Shown piece after piece: positions 25,722 to 40,728 of a stretch of DNA of 64,000 nucleotides. Source of the stretch: the human T2T-CHM13v2.0 reference genome, Homo sapiens; the NCBI RefSeq assembly GCF_009914755.1, contig NC_060925.1; one strand, 5' to 3'. Numbering within the stretch: the first letter of the stretch is position 1; the number at the start of each line of letters is the position of its first letter. The position numbers and the translations under genes are program-made. The notes below the pieces were generated by a model. It did not search any database. It saw only the letters and a list, made by a program, of their open reading frames with translations, and was not told the origin of the DNA.

Positions 25722-26022
25722 GTTTTGTTTTGTTTTGTTTTGAGACAGGGTCTCGTTCTACCACCCAGGCTGGAATGCAGTGGTGTGTCTCAAGCTCACC
25801 ACAACCTCCGTCTCTTGGGCTCAAGTGATCCTCCCATTTCAGCCTCCTGAGTAGCTGGAACTACAAGCAAACAACACCATGCTCAGCTAACTTTTAAATT
25901 GTTTTTAGAGACAAGGTCTCACTATATTTTCAGGCTTGTCTCAAACTCCTGAGCCCTAGCAGTCTTCCTGCCTCAGCCTCCCAAAGTGCTGGGATTACAG
26001 GCATGAGCCACTGTGCCCAGTC
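25722..26022 (-). mobile_element. Alu (AluJ-like), (TTTTG)n tail
   Basis: Reverse Alu; TSD tcaacaatagctg / tcaacatagctg. Confidence 0.92.
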
Positions 26023-26221
26023 TCAACATAGCTGTCTTTTAAAGTTACTCATTATATTTTACCCAAAACCGATTTTAAACTTTCACTATAAATATTACTG
26101 TCACTGCATTCATAATCATATACCATTACACTTATCACAATAGTTTGACAAATGTAACGGTATTAAGACTCTCAGGAACTCCTTATTCCACTCCTATTAT
26201 ACTTATACTTCCTCTATCTTA

Positions 26222-26613
<392 letters not shown>

Positions 26614-27383
26614 AGGAAGGAAGGAAGGAAGGACGGGATGAAGAGGGGGAAGGGATGATCTTTCTCTGTATGGGCCTTAGGGTTAACTCCTGATCTCAGA
26701 GTGAAATACTTTCCTATTCTGGCTGGTCACCTGAACACCTACCCAAATGCATCCATTGAACTTAAATAATCTATAGACAGTTCATAAAATATTTTTTCTG
26801 TTTTTGCTTCTAAATTTTTTTACCTGTACTTTTTACATACTTATGAGGTCAAATTGATTGGTCCCATGTTATAATTAAAGAAATGGAATCAGAGAACACT
26901 CATGTGACTTGCTTCAAATACAAGCCAAAGTCAGAGTTCAAATTATTCTTTACTAGTTCCTACTTCATTACAAGAAGTCTCCCAAGTTACAAAATAGGTT
27001 GTGTTCCAAAAATTCATTTGTAAGTCAGTTATTTGGCATTTGAACTGCATTTTACCATGTGGAAAAAACATGTTATAAGTGATGATTAGGTCCCCAGCTG
27101 GCATATAAGAATCTATTTAACTCTTGTGTAACTACAAAACGATACATTTGTAATAAGTTTAAAAGAGAATGATAGTTGTGATTCTGATTATGAAGAAAAA
27201 TAATTTTTTTTTTTTTTTTTTTTTTACTGAGGATAAGCAGATTTAATTAGAAGATAGGAAAACATGAAGATTGAGGAGGGTCTAGAGGGGATTTCAGGGT
27301 TCTTTGAAGGGAGTTAGAGGTTGATGGGATTCTGTCTGAAGCCCAATGTATTCAGTTCTTGCACTACCATAAAGAAATACCTG

Positions 27384-27686
27384 GGCTGGGCACAGTGGCT
27401 CACGCCTGTAATCCTAATCCCAGCACTTTGGGAGGTCGAGGTGGGCAGATCACCTGAGGTCAGGAGTTCGAGACCAGCCTGGCCAACATGGTGAAACCCT
27501 GTCTCTACCAAAAAATACAAAAATTAGCTGGGTGTGGTGGCACACACCTGTGATCCCTGCTACTCAGGAGGCTGAGGTGGGAGAATACTTGAACCCAGGA
27601 TGTGGAGGTTGCAGTGAGTAAGCCAAGATTACACCACTTCACTACACCCTGGGCAACAGATGGAGATCCTGTCAAAAAAAATAAAA
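27384..27686 (+). mobile_element. Alu (AluS-like)
   Basis: Dimeric Alu inside the MaLR LTR. Confidence 0.93.
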
Positions 27687-28039
<353 letters not shown>

Positions 28040-30650
28040 TCACGATTCTGCAGGCTGTACAGGAAATATGGCAGCACCAGCTCAGCTTCTGGCGAGGCCT
28101 TAGGAAATTCACAATCATGGCAGAAGGTAAAGGGGAAGCTGGCCAGAGAAGGAGAAAGTTGGCCGGGGACATGTGTCACATGCTTTTAAACAACCAGATC
28201 TCAGGAGAACCCACTCACTATCATGAGAACAGCACAAAGAGGGAAATCTAGCCCCATAATCCAATCACCTCCCACCACGCCCCACCTCCAACACTGAGGA
28301 TTACAGTTCGACATGAGATTTGGGCAGGACACAGATCCAAACCCTATCAGCCAGTTTCACTTTGAAACTTTTAAGTCATTTGTTGTTATTAGATGCTTCT
28401 CACTGGCATGACTTACCCAGCATCTGTGATTAGAATCAGTAGAATTGATTGAATTAAATACCTAGGAAAAAGTAGACTATTTGAGATGATACATTAACCA
28501 ACCTGGGATGGTAAAAACAAACTAACAAATTAGAAGTATTCTTTCCTTCAGCCCTCCTGATGGAAAGGGCAGGAGGAGTTGACTTTCCCATTTAGCCCAG
28601 CAGATTCCCATCAGCTGTGATAGTTTAACTGAGGTACAGGTGGAGGTTGGAGAAAAGCGTGTGCCTGCAGTGATTTCTTTGAATGGAGTGCTCGTACAAT
28701 GAGAGTTTCTAATTCTGGGAAATAATTACATTGATCTCATCTAGTGATTGTTTCCTACATTATCTAAGACACAATTAAACATCTTAAATTTCAATTAGCT
28801 TTTTTAAAAAACGTCCAGTGCTTCTTTAAATGTCCTTTATGTTTTGTTATTTTCATAACCTTTGCATATGGCTTTTTCTTTTGTTAACAACAAAAGGGAG
28901 GTTATATTCTTCAGTAAACTGAAGCATAAATGAGCAGATCTTGCTGAGATGGCACATTTAGAAAATGATGAGATTAGTTCTTGCCTCCTGGATCACATTA
29001 GTGCTCTTGCCGGTCAGTATATCTACCCTACCTCCTGCTAGTTTAGATAATACATTAACTACTATTACTCTGTGTTGGGTATATTCTTTGAATGTTTTAC
29101 AGTGGATGTTTGTTTAACACTGGGAACATTGGAAAGTGATTTAATGAAGGAGAGAGCAACTGTATTTACTACAGTTCAGAATCCCTCTCAATGGTCATTG
29201 TAAAAGGAAGTTTGGGATTGGCAAGCCATTTTCAAAAGTGATGTAAGACTAATGAGGGAAGTAACATCTACTTGATTTTATATATATTTTGATGTTTTTA
29301 AATGCTTTGTCTTCCCACTAAGCAATTTATTAAGAAATTCCTATTGCATGATGTTTATTTAACTGAATTTGTGTATGTGGGGTAGGGTGTGTTTGAGGAA
29401 TTTTGTCTGAAAGGTAAATATGCTAAATTTACATCCTAGTATGGGCATGCTCTGCTCACAAATGCCTCTGCTGAGCAGTTTACATACTGGGTGAAAATGT
29501 ACATAGGAATCCTCATGGGGGATCCAGGTTTGCCAGTGAGATTACTATGTACTCAGACTGAAAAAGATGATTTCTTCTGATTACCTGTGTGTCTGCCAGA
29601 GGTGGGGAAGGACTAGAAAGAGATTCCTGCACAAGCCGTTTTGTCTACTTAGAGAATGGCATGCTAGAAGGGTTAGCGAGCTAAATTACAGTTTTCTTTT
29701 TGTTGTTGTTGTTGGCTTTTATGTATATGTTGAATAGACTAATAGCATTTGATGACCCTTTTTTTTTTTTTTTACTGTGAATTCCCGGATTTTGTGTGTA
29801 TGTTGCTCAGAGGGTAGTGCAGTGAGCAAAGGGATAGGGAGATTGTCTGTTTTTTTGTTTGTTGATTGGACACACTTGCTGCTGGTAATTTGAGCATCTA
29901 AGGATCTTCCTTTATATTGAAGCCCTGAACCTTTTGGTGGAAGGAAAAAAAAAAGTAAGAAAAAAAACTCATTTGAAGCAAATCCCACCCATAGTATTAT
30001 TTTTCTCATGTGCAGGCAATGTCACCTGTAGTATATTATATAGAATTTTGCATCTGATATTTTGGTTGCTAGAATTCTTAGCTTTCCTGACTGGTTTTAA
30101 TTTATTATTCTCAGACTTGAATGACTAAGGGGAAAAATCATATATTCTTGAGATTTTTCTAAGATACAAAACATTCTTAAGATTATTCAAATTATTTTAA
30201 CCTTGTACAATGAATTACCCTCAGAGTGGCCCTTCATTTTGCCCGTCACTCCTAAATCAGAACATATAAGCCAACCATGATATTGTTGAAAAGCTAAAGG
30301 ATGCTATTTGTATCCTCTCCTCTCATGCAAAATGGTCTAGTTCTTAACTGATTACTTGTGCATCTAGGATGGGGTGAGAAGAAGGGCACTGAAAGGAGAG
30401 GTGGGCAGGAGAAAAGTGATCAATGGGAATAGAAGAGGGTTTTTAAGGTGCCTAAAATAGCTGGAGGAAAGAAGAGGAGTGCCACTGTGTTGGCTGGTTC
30501 CATCACAGATGCTGCGGAATTTCTACCACTGTCTCACAACTCTGCAAGAACCCTCATTTTCAATGAGCTGTTTTTAAATATCATACTTGTCTTTCCTACA
30601 TATTTGCCTGTCTGACTGTAACTGGGCGATTTTATGATTTTCTTACTTAG

Positions 30651-30667
30651 AGTCAAGAAATTGGAGC
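30651..30667 (+). other. DISP1: 17 nt of 5'UTR at the start of the first coding exon (exon 30651-31176, 526 nt)
   Basis: Pyrimidine tract plus TAG acceptor ending at 30650, followed by agtcaagaaattggagc and then ATG. Confidence 0.9.
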
Positions 30668-31176
30668 ATGGCTATGAGCAATGGAAACAATGATTTTGTG
30701 GTTCTGAGCAACAGCAGCATCGCAACCAGTGCTGCTAACCCGAGTCCCCTCACCCCCTGTGATGGAGACCATGCAGCCCAGCAGCTCACACCCAAAGAAG
30801 CAACAAGAACAAAAGTGAGTCCAAATGGATGCCTGCAACTTAATGGCACGGTCAAATCATCCTTTCTGCCTTTAGACAACCAAAGAATGCCTCAGATGTT
30901 ACCCCAATGCTGCCATCCTTGCCCATACCATCACCCTTTGACTAGCCATAGCAGTCACCAAGAGTGCCATCCCGAGGCTGGCCCTGCAGCACCCTCTGCT
31001 TTGGCCTCGTGTTGCATGCAGCCACACTCCGAGTATTCTGCATCTCTTTGTCCAAATCATTCACCTGTGTATCAGACTACGTGCTGTCTTCAGCCCTCTC
31101 CATCCTTCTGCCTGCATCATCCGTGGCCTGACCATTTTCAGCATCAGCCTGTGCAACAGCACATAGCCAACATAAG
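30668..31176 (+). CDS. DISP1: DISP1 first coding exon, CDS part (codons 1-170, last codon split in phase 2); cytoplasmic N-terminus of Dispatched homolog 1
   Basis: Translation MAMSNGNNDFVVLSNSSIATSAANPSP...QQHIANIR matches my recollection of the human DISP1 N-terminus. Strong Kozak (gAgcATGG). Acceptor tttcttacttAG ends at 30650; donor AG|GTAAGT with GT at 31177. Confidence 0.96.
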
Positions 31177-31590
31177 GTAAGTGATCCGAAAGTTTTGCTT
31201 TTAGCATTCAACTAATGCCACGTGAACATGACAGCTTGTGTTTATTTTCCTGAAAGGAGAGGAGAAAAATGAGGCACAGAAAGAAAACATGAAAACGCAT
31301 ATTCTGTGGATTGTGTGAAGCCAACAAAAACGCAAATAAAATAATACTGTATATCGATTTTATCCACTGACTTGTTAGTCAAATCCTCCCTTCCCCTTTC
31401 CCTGTCTGCAAACTGGTTAGGAATATCTGCTAGACCTTGAGTTATAAAATTCAACAAAAAGTTTTATTGTTAGCAATTTCTGTTATTGTACATGGGAAGC
31501 ATATTTATGATGAGACTAAACAGCAGTCATTTATTTGCTGTTATTGATAGTGGTGAACATTTATGAAAAAGAAGTAAAAAACCCCTTGCC

Positions 31591-31908
<318 letters not shown>

Positions 31909-32319
31909 CACCTTGCCTCCTCATGCTGCCTTATGGCTGTACTCAACATTTCTATTCCTGTGTTTTGGTGACTATGTGGTATGCTGAGATCAAATGAAAG
32001 TAGCAATTCCCTTCATAGCAGATAAAACCTGTGAATTGTAGCACGGGACTTTTAAAAATATTTTTTGTAAAGCATTTTTAGATCTGGTACCTTGAAAAGT
32101 ACTAGAAAAATCAATATCATTGCCAGTGCTTATTTCCACCTCAGTCCATAGTTTCTCATATGTATGATTTTCAGCTATTTTTTCCATGGGTAAGTTAAGT
32201 TGCATTCAGTATAGGTTAGCAATGGTAATATATTTTACAAAATACTAAGTACTTTCTAGAGACCTAGTATTAGTTCACATTTTTAAGTAATAAAAAGTTT
32301 AACTAGAAAAAGAGCATTC

Positions 32320-32700
32320 TCTTTAAAATTAGGGTATAATTTATATACAGGGAAATGTACAGATTAATTATTCAGTTCGATCAGTGTTGACAAACGTATA
32401 CAAAAGTGTAACCCATATTTTGGTCTGATGTAGAACATTTCTGTCACCCCAGAAGGTAAGTTCCTTCATGCCCTTTCTCAGTTATTCCCTCTGTCTTCAC
32501 CAGAAGCAATCACTGCTGAGTTCTATTACTATAGATTTGTTTTGCCTACTCCTAGAACTTCAGATAAGTGGAATCATACAGTATGCACTCTTTCGTGTTT
32601 GGCAATCTTTGCTCAGCATAATATTTTTGAGTTTCTTCTAGTTATTGTATGTATTTGTTTTTCCATTTATTGCTGAGTAGTAATCCACTGTATGCATGTA
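32320..32700 (-). mobile_element. Old L1M 3' fragment
   Basis: tagaacatttctgtcaccccagaa...ggaatcatacagtatgcactcttt. Confidence 0.75.
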
Positions 32701-32728
32701 ACAAATTCACTTCTGATTAAAGAGTCAG

Positions 32729-32877
32729 GGCTGGGTGCTGCAGCTCATGGCTGCGGGGATTACAGAATCCCAACACTTCGGGAGGTTGAGGTGGAAGGAT
32801 TGCTTGAGCCCAGGACTTCAATGCCAGCCTGGGCAACATAGCAAAACTCTGTATCTACAAAAAAAAAAGGGAAAAAA
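32729..32877 (+). mobile_element. Alu monomer (FLAM-like)
   Basis: Left arm plus A tail; TSD-like aaagagtcag / aaaaagtcag. Confidence 0.8.
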
Positions 32878-33935
32878 GTCAGATCCAAAAAGGGATTAAG
32901 TGATAAATACTTTTCACCTTTATCAGGTTTTGAACATTGTTGAGATTATCTGGTTACACTCTTTTTAAAGAGAGGAAGGGAAACGTGGTAATAAAGCAGA
33001 AAGAAAGAGTGAGGAGGGGGAAAGAGGAGAGTCCTTCACAGCATGTTACTGCAGTTTCTGAATACATTTTCCAGACTGGCTTTGAGAGTCGTTTAATTAT
33101 AGGCTATGATAAGAAGTTCACCACATTTACCAAAGCCATTTCTTAGAAGATTTGTCCTGACCACATTGTGCTACATGGCTAGTTTTAGACTCTTTCCATT
33201 TTGAATCAAACTGTGTGAACAGTTGATTATTAAATTATCATAAATATTGATGTTTCAAATAATAAATTATATGGTTGCAAAGTATGAAATAAGATAGATA
33301 TTTCTGCATTTTGAAGCTGATACCTCCTCTTAAAAAATTACAACATAAAACTGGTGAACAAATAACCAATTCTTTCAGTATGGAAGGTTGTGCCAAGATT
33401 TTCAGGATTTTGACTTAGCATTTCTCACTGACCTAATTCAAAAGCAGTGAGATCCCTGTGTACACTTGAAATAGAATGGCATTAAAAAAACGAACTGATA
33501 GGCAGGTGGCTGAGCTCATCACTACCCTTGGTTGTGGGGTCATTGTTGGAACTGGGGCTTTTGCAATCATGGTGGACTGACTTGAGACTGTGTATGAGCA
33601 CTGGGTCCATAGACTTGTCCGTATAGGATTTGTCTTTGTATGTTATCTAAAGAGAAAGAATGATGAAAAGCTAACTGCCTTCTGGAAAAATAGTATTTTA
33701 TTTAAAAGGGAATTGACACCCATGGAGAAGTTGCTTGGAAGTAAAGGCAGTGGCTGAACTATATAATGTTTACATTTTAAAAGTTATGAGAGAAATAAAA
33801 ACACTCATACTTAATTTGAAAAACATTAACTTTAAAATTGCCACAATTGTCCATCAAAAAAATTTGTAGAAGAAAGTAGATTAGTATGAAGGAAATTTTT
33901 TATATTTAGAATTTTATCTCAAGAATTTGAGCCTT

Positions 33936-34337
<402 letters not shown>

Positions 34338-34394
34338 TTACATACTTTATTGTGCCTCAATGATTACTTTGCTATTTTCTACATTTACTTATAT

Positions 34395-35960
34395 AATCCA
34401 CAATGTTTACTGAATTCTTATATGTGCCAGGCACCGAGGATATAATTCCAAACAAGTTGAGACATTCTTTTGCCTTCATACAGCTATAAACTAGTAGGAA
34501 GGGAGCCAGTAAAGCAAATAGGCAGGTACAGTATTGTGGTAAGTACTATCAAGAAGGAATACACAGGGCTAAAGATGAAGAAAAGTTACAGATGGAGAGA
34601 GAATTGAAGAGGCTTGTCTTTTAGGCAGAGGGAACAGTTTGTGCAAATACTTTTACAAGGTGGTGTGAGCTCAGCTCCAGCATAGGTCAATATGGCTGGA
34701 CCCTAGTGGAAGAGAGAGTGGTAGCAAGAGGAGAGGTATACTAGGACTAAATCCTGAAGGGTATTGTGAACCACATTAAGGCAATCTCTAGATTTCATCC
34801 TGAGGCTAATGAGGACTCATTATAGATTTGTGTGTGTTTGTGATTTTTTTTATTGTGGTGAAATATACATAACATAAAACTTAATATTTTAACCATTTTT
34901 AAGTATACAGTTTAGTGACATTAAGTACATTCACCTTGTTGTGCACCCATCACTACTACCTTTGTCCAGAACTATTTCATCTTCCCAAACTGAAACTCCA
35001 TACTCACTAAATTATAACTCTGCCTGCCCCTGGAAACCACTATTCTACTTTTTGTCTCCATGAATTTGACTTCTCTAGATACCTCAAATAAGTTGAATCC
35101 TATAGTATTTGCCTTTTTTTTGTCTGGCTTATTTCACTCCACATAATGTCTTCAAGGGTCATTCATGTTGTAGCATGTGTCATAATTTCCTTTCTTTTTA
35201 AGGCTGAATAATATTCCATTGTATATTTATATATTATATTTTATCATTTTATCAGTTACATTTTATCATTTTATCAATTACACAATACATTTTATCAGTT
35301 CATTGATGGACACTTCGATCTTTCAGGTATCATGGCTATTGTGAATAATGCTGCTATGAGCTTGGGTTCTGTTCAAGTCCCTGCTTTCAGTTCTTTTGGG
35401 TATATGCTCAGACCAGAAGTGGAATTACTGGAGCATATGGTAATTCTGTTTTTAGCTTTTTGAGGAACCGTTTTCCATAGTGGCTGCACCATTTTACACC
35501 AGCAGTGCAAAAAGTTCCAGTGTTTCCAGATCCTTGCCGACACTTGTTATTTTATCTGTTTTTTCTTTTTTAAGAGTAGGCATCCTAATTGATGTGAGAT
35601 TATAAATTTTAAAGCAGAAAAAAAAAACACAGTAAGAAACATTTTAGGAAATTTCATCGTTTGCATTGTGGAGAGTAGATTGAATTGGGTCAGGACCGTT
35701 GTAGATAGGAAGAACACTATAAGGCTTGTTGCAGTAGTTCAAGTGAGAAATGTGATAACTTGAACCATGATTTAGAAATAAATTCATTCTAGAGAGATTT
35801 AGGAGGTGGAATCTACTAGATTTGGTGGATGATTGGATATCGGAGGGGCAAAGGGAGTAAGAATCACAACTGATTTTCAGTTTCCTGGCTTGAGCAACTG
35901 GTTGGGTAGATGGTAATGCCATTCACTAAAATGGGGAAGACAGAAGAAGGGAACTAAGTA
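34395..35960 (-). mobile_element. L2 fragment interrupted by an L1M 3' fragment (~34845-35600)
   Basis: L2 tttactgaattcttatatgtgccaggcac...; L1 tattgtggtgaaatatacataacataaa...; L2 resumes with ttttcagtttcctggcttgagcaactgg. Confidence 0.75.
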
Positions 35961-36955
35961 AACAGAGCTGAGACATTGAGCTTCCAGAGAGGACTACAGA
36001 GTAACAGTAACAGTGAAAGTGTGATGTCCCTTGAGCTTATTTGAAAGAATGAGGTTGCTGAGTAATACATGACAATGCACTGAGGGCAATACTGGTGGGG
36101 GTTATCTTAGAATGAACACTGAAGCACTTTGACTCAGGCCAGCAGGTATTATATTTGCAGAATTGTGCTATGGGCAAGGCACTGAGTGAGATGCTATCTC
36201 GTCCTTTACCCAACCAATAAAATATCCACAGAAGCAAATGTGCTCTTCGATAGAGCTGCTATCTATGTATGGGAGAACAGGGCAGTTTGGGAAAGTCTGC
36301 ACAGGATGTCCTTGGTAAGGAATTCTGAAAATGAGGATGTTGTACCATGCTTTACTGCCTTTGATTATTCTACGCAACTCTTTCAGGAACTTACTGTAAC
36401 AAAGGTTCTAGAGGTTGATCTCGACCAGGAACTTCAAGTCTTTTTAGTTTTCTTTATTGTGGTTTATTGCTATGTAATTTTTAAGTTCTTTTTAAATTGA
36501 TAAGGTCAAGTAAGTACTTAATGAAATGTTATTCAATTAATGTTTAAGGTGTATTTATGACTTCACATTACTTTAAAGGATGTGTTAAACATTGACCGCC
36601 TTAGAGTAAAATTGTATGGTGATGGAAGATCCTAAGTGCTATCAATTTTTATTGTTATTTGCACCTATACCACAAATGGGCCCACCTGTTTGTATTTGAA
36701 AGTGTTTTCTAAAGTTTTTATTTGTTTATAAAGCACTTAAGCCATAGAGAATGTTTTAAAGAATCAATCAGATAGAAAATATAATTTTAACGTAGGCCAT
36801 TTGCTACTTACCACCTTTTGTATAGTAGACTCTCTTTCATCCCCTCTTGATTCTTTAAGCTTTAATAAATCTTTCTAAAAGATTCATTATATCAACCATC
36901 TGTGTGTTTTTTTTAAAAAAAAATTCCTTTTTAGTGTTCCGATTAATAAAATTAA

Positions 36956-37314
<359 letters not shown>

Positions 37315-37434
37315 TTAAGTAGCTTAAATCGATTTTATTTTAAAGCTTTAGATTTCATTTTAAAGCTTCAGGCTTTTATATTTGTAGATTCCTGTCCTCA
37401 TATACATTATTCAGCCCTTAATTAACATGTCTAA

Positions 37435-37770
<336 letters not shown>

Positions 37771-38163
37771 ACAATAAGGAATTTTAAAAGGCTGAAAATA
37801 GTCTCTCCTCACCATGAGGCAAGACTTATACCAACAAGTCCTAAACCTAGCTGATCATCTTTGGAGTCACCTGGGGAATTAAAAATAAAATAAGTAGAAT
37901 AAGAAGATATTTCTTTTGCAGTAGAAACAATAAATAACTCTAAGAGTTGAGAGGTGGGAAGGATCCCCTGGAAGGATCCCTGTAGGTTATTGAGGTTAGG
38001 GACAGTCTGACTGAGAAGAACAGAACATGAATGGCCCTTGAAAGATGACTAGAAATGAATGAAGGGACTCGAGGAGGCAAAACATGGAAAGTGGAGGAAA
38101 GTTGTGAAGGGAAAGCTTTCAAAAACCAAAGCTTTAAAATATTTCTTAAAACATGTAAGAAAG

Positions 38164-38520
<357 letters not shown>

Positions 38521-40094
38521 CTACGTCCTGAACAGTCCATTTGATGATCTGTTCTTTATCCTCCAGAGAGCTGGAAAATACCTCTCAAAAGCCAGTCACA
38601 TTCCACGTGTGCTGGTTGAAGCAAGTTTTGAGTTATTCATTTGGGATCTTCTTATTGCCGTATTAAAGTGAAAGAGTAGTGGTATTATTGCAAAATTAAT
38701 AAGGAGTTCTGCATCCAAAAATAGCACACTAGAGTTCTAATCTAAACTATACTTACCTTTTAATTCGGTGTTGCAAAGAAATATTCTTGATTGTAACAGA
38801 GGACTCCATAAATGATACTTGGCAATGCCACAGACTCATTATCATGATAGGGAACCTGTGATATTTTTGGGTACCTGCCAAATGCATTTTTATTTACCTA
38901 AGGTGATTTCATAGACAGATGGCCATTTTGAATGTTTCATGTGACTCACTAGAGGAATTAGAGCTATACAGAGTTAAGAATGCTTGGCGTAGAGGGAACC
39001 GTAGAACCCTGGGACTAGCTTAGCCTCTTAAAGTTAACTAAATATTGTCCCTGCCACCCCCATATGTTATGACTGTATAATTTTTATAACTTACATTTCC
39101 TTTCATTTCTTTATTCATTTTCTAATTTCTGACTCATTTTTCTCAGAGGTTTTCTTTTTGTTTCCCCTTAGGGCATTAGTTATTTTCTGTGAAGGGGCCT
39201 CTTTTAAAACAAAAAAAAAAAAGTAAGAAATGAGAATTCTCATGTTATATTAAAAAGACAAGAATTCTACCACCAGAATTCTTGTTTATTGGCATGTGCT
39301 GTACCATGACATCCTTTCCCCTCTCCTTAGCCCTGGTGATTGTATTATTTTGTTAGTCAGAAAATTTGAGCCAGAAATCACTTTGAACACTTCATCAACA
39401 TTGTGGCATGAACCTGATCATTGACGCAGATCCCACAGTCTCTGCTTTACTCAGATCACCCAGAGTCCATTCAAATGCTTCTCTAAGATGTTGCAGCAAT
39501 GAATGGAGAAATTCAGAGTTAGTTATTCACTTATTTAGCAAGTGCTTGATGAGTACTTAGTAAGTGTTAGGTGCTGGAGACAGGTGGAAACTGCAAAGTC
39601 TGGTTCCTGACTTCAAAGATGTAGAAGTAGAGTGGACAAGACAAGACACTTAGATTTTAGCATAGGGTGACCATAGATAGATTGCCATCTTTGATCGGTA
39701 AGTATTTACAGAATAGCTGTTGTATTCTCTGGAGCACAGAAGTTAAATACCAGTGCTTTTACAGAGGCACAGGCAAGTTTTATGTGTAAACTTTTATGTA
39801 TAAATTTTTATGTATAAAGTTTTAATAGTAAAAGAGAACTAGACTATACAGTTTTACAAATTCATATTCCCCTCTTTTCCGCTCTTACCATTGAAAGATT
39901 GATTACTAATAGTGAAACAATCATTTCTCTTTATTTTTTATATAAATTGTTGACTCTCTGGAACTGCTGGACAAGTGTCTTTTGCAAGAAGGAATAGCTA
40001 AACTGCATTCTTTAGACATTTGCTTTTCAATAAACCATTGGCTTTTCAATAAAGCCAGTAAAATTAAAAATTTGGTTATTTGGTTACACTGCTC

Positions 40095-40200
40095 ACAATT
40101 TCAGTACTCAGTAGCCACATGTGGCTAGTAGCTACATATTGGACAGCACAGATGGAAAACGTTTCCATCATTGCAGAGAGTTTTATTGAACAGGACTACC
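40095..40200. mobile_element. MER3-like fragment
   Basis: tagccacatgtggctagtagctacatattggacagcacag. Confidence 0.7.
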
Positions 40201-40412
40201 TTTCTTGGCTCTGTTAAAACAACTGAGATCCCTTTTCAATGTCCATGGCAGCAAATGAAACTTATATGATATAGAATAACAGCAATATTTGACAGTGAAT
40301 ACTTTTTTGTTGTTGTTGTTGTTGACATAATTCTACTTAGTATTTGCTTGTGTTTTGTTTATTAAATAACAAAGAAATGACAAAAATAAAATCCCTTCAA
40401 AAACCTGAAGGA

Positions 40413-40728
<316 letters not shown>

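Noticed and set aside
26611-26630. (GGAA)5 as an ETS-fusion-responsive enhancer
   Set aside because: Short, derived from an Alu tail and very common genome-wide; nothing else supports function.
30643-30879. Antisense ORFs overlapping the DISP1 exon
   Set aside because: Short shadow ORFs of a coding exon with no independent support.
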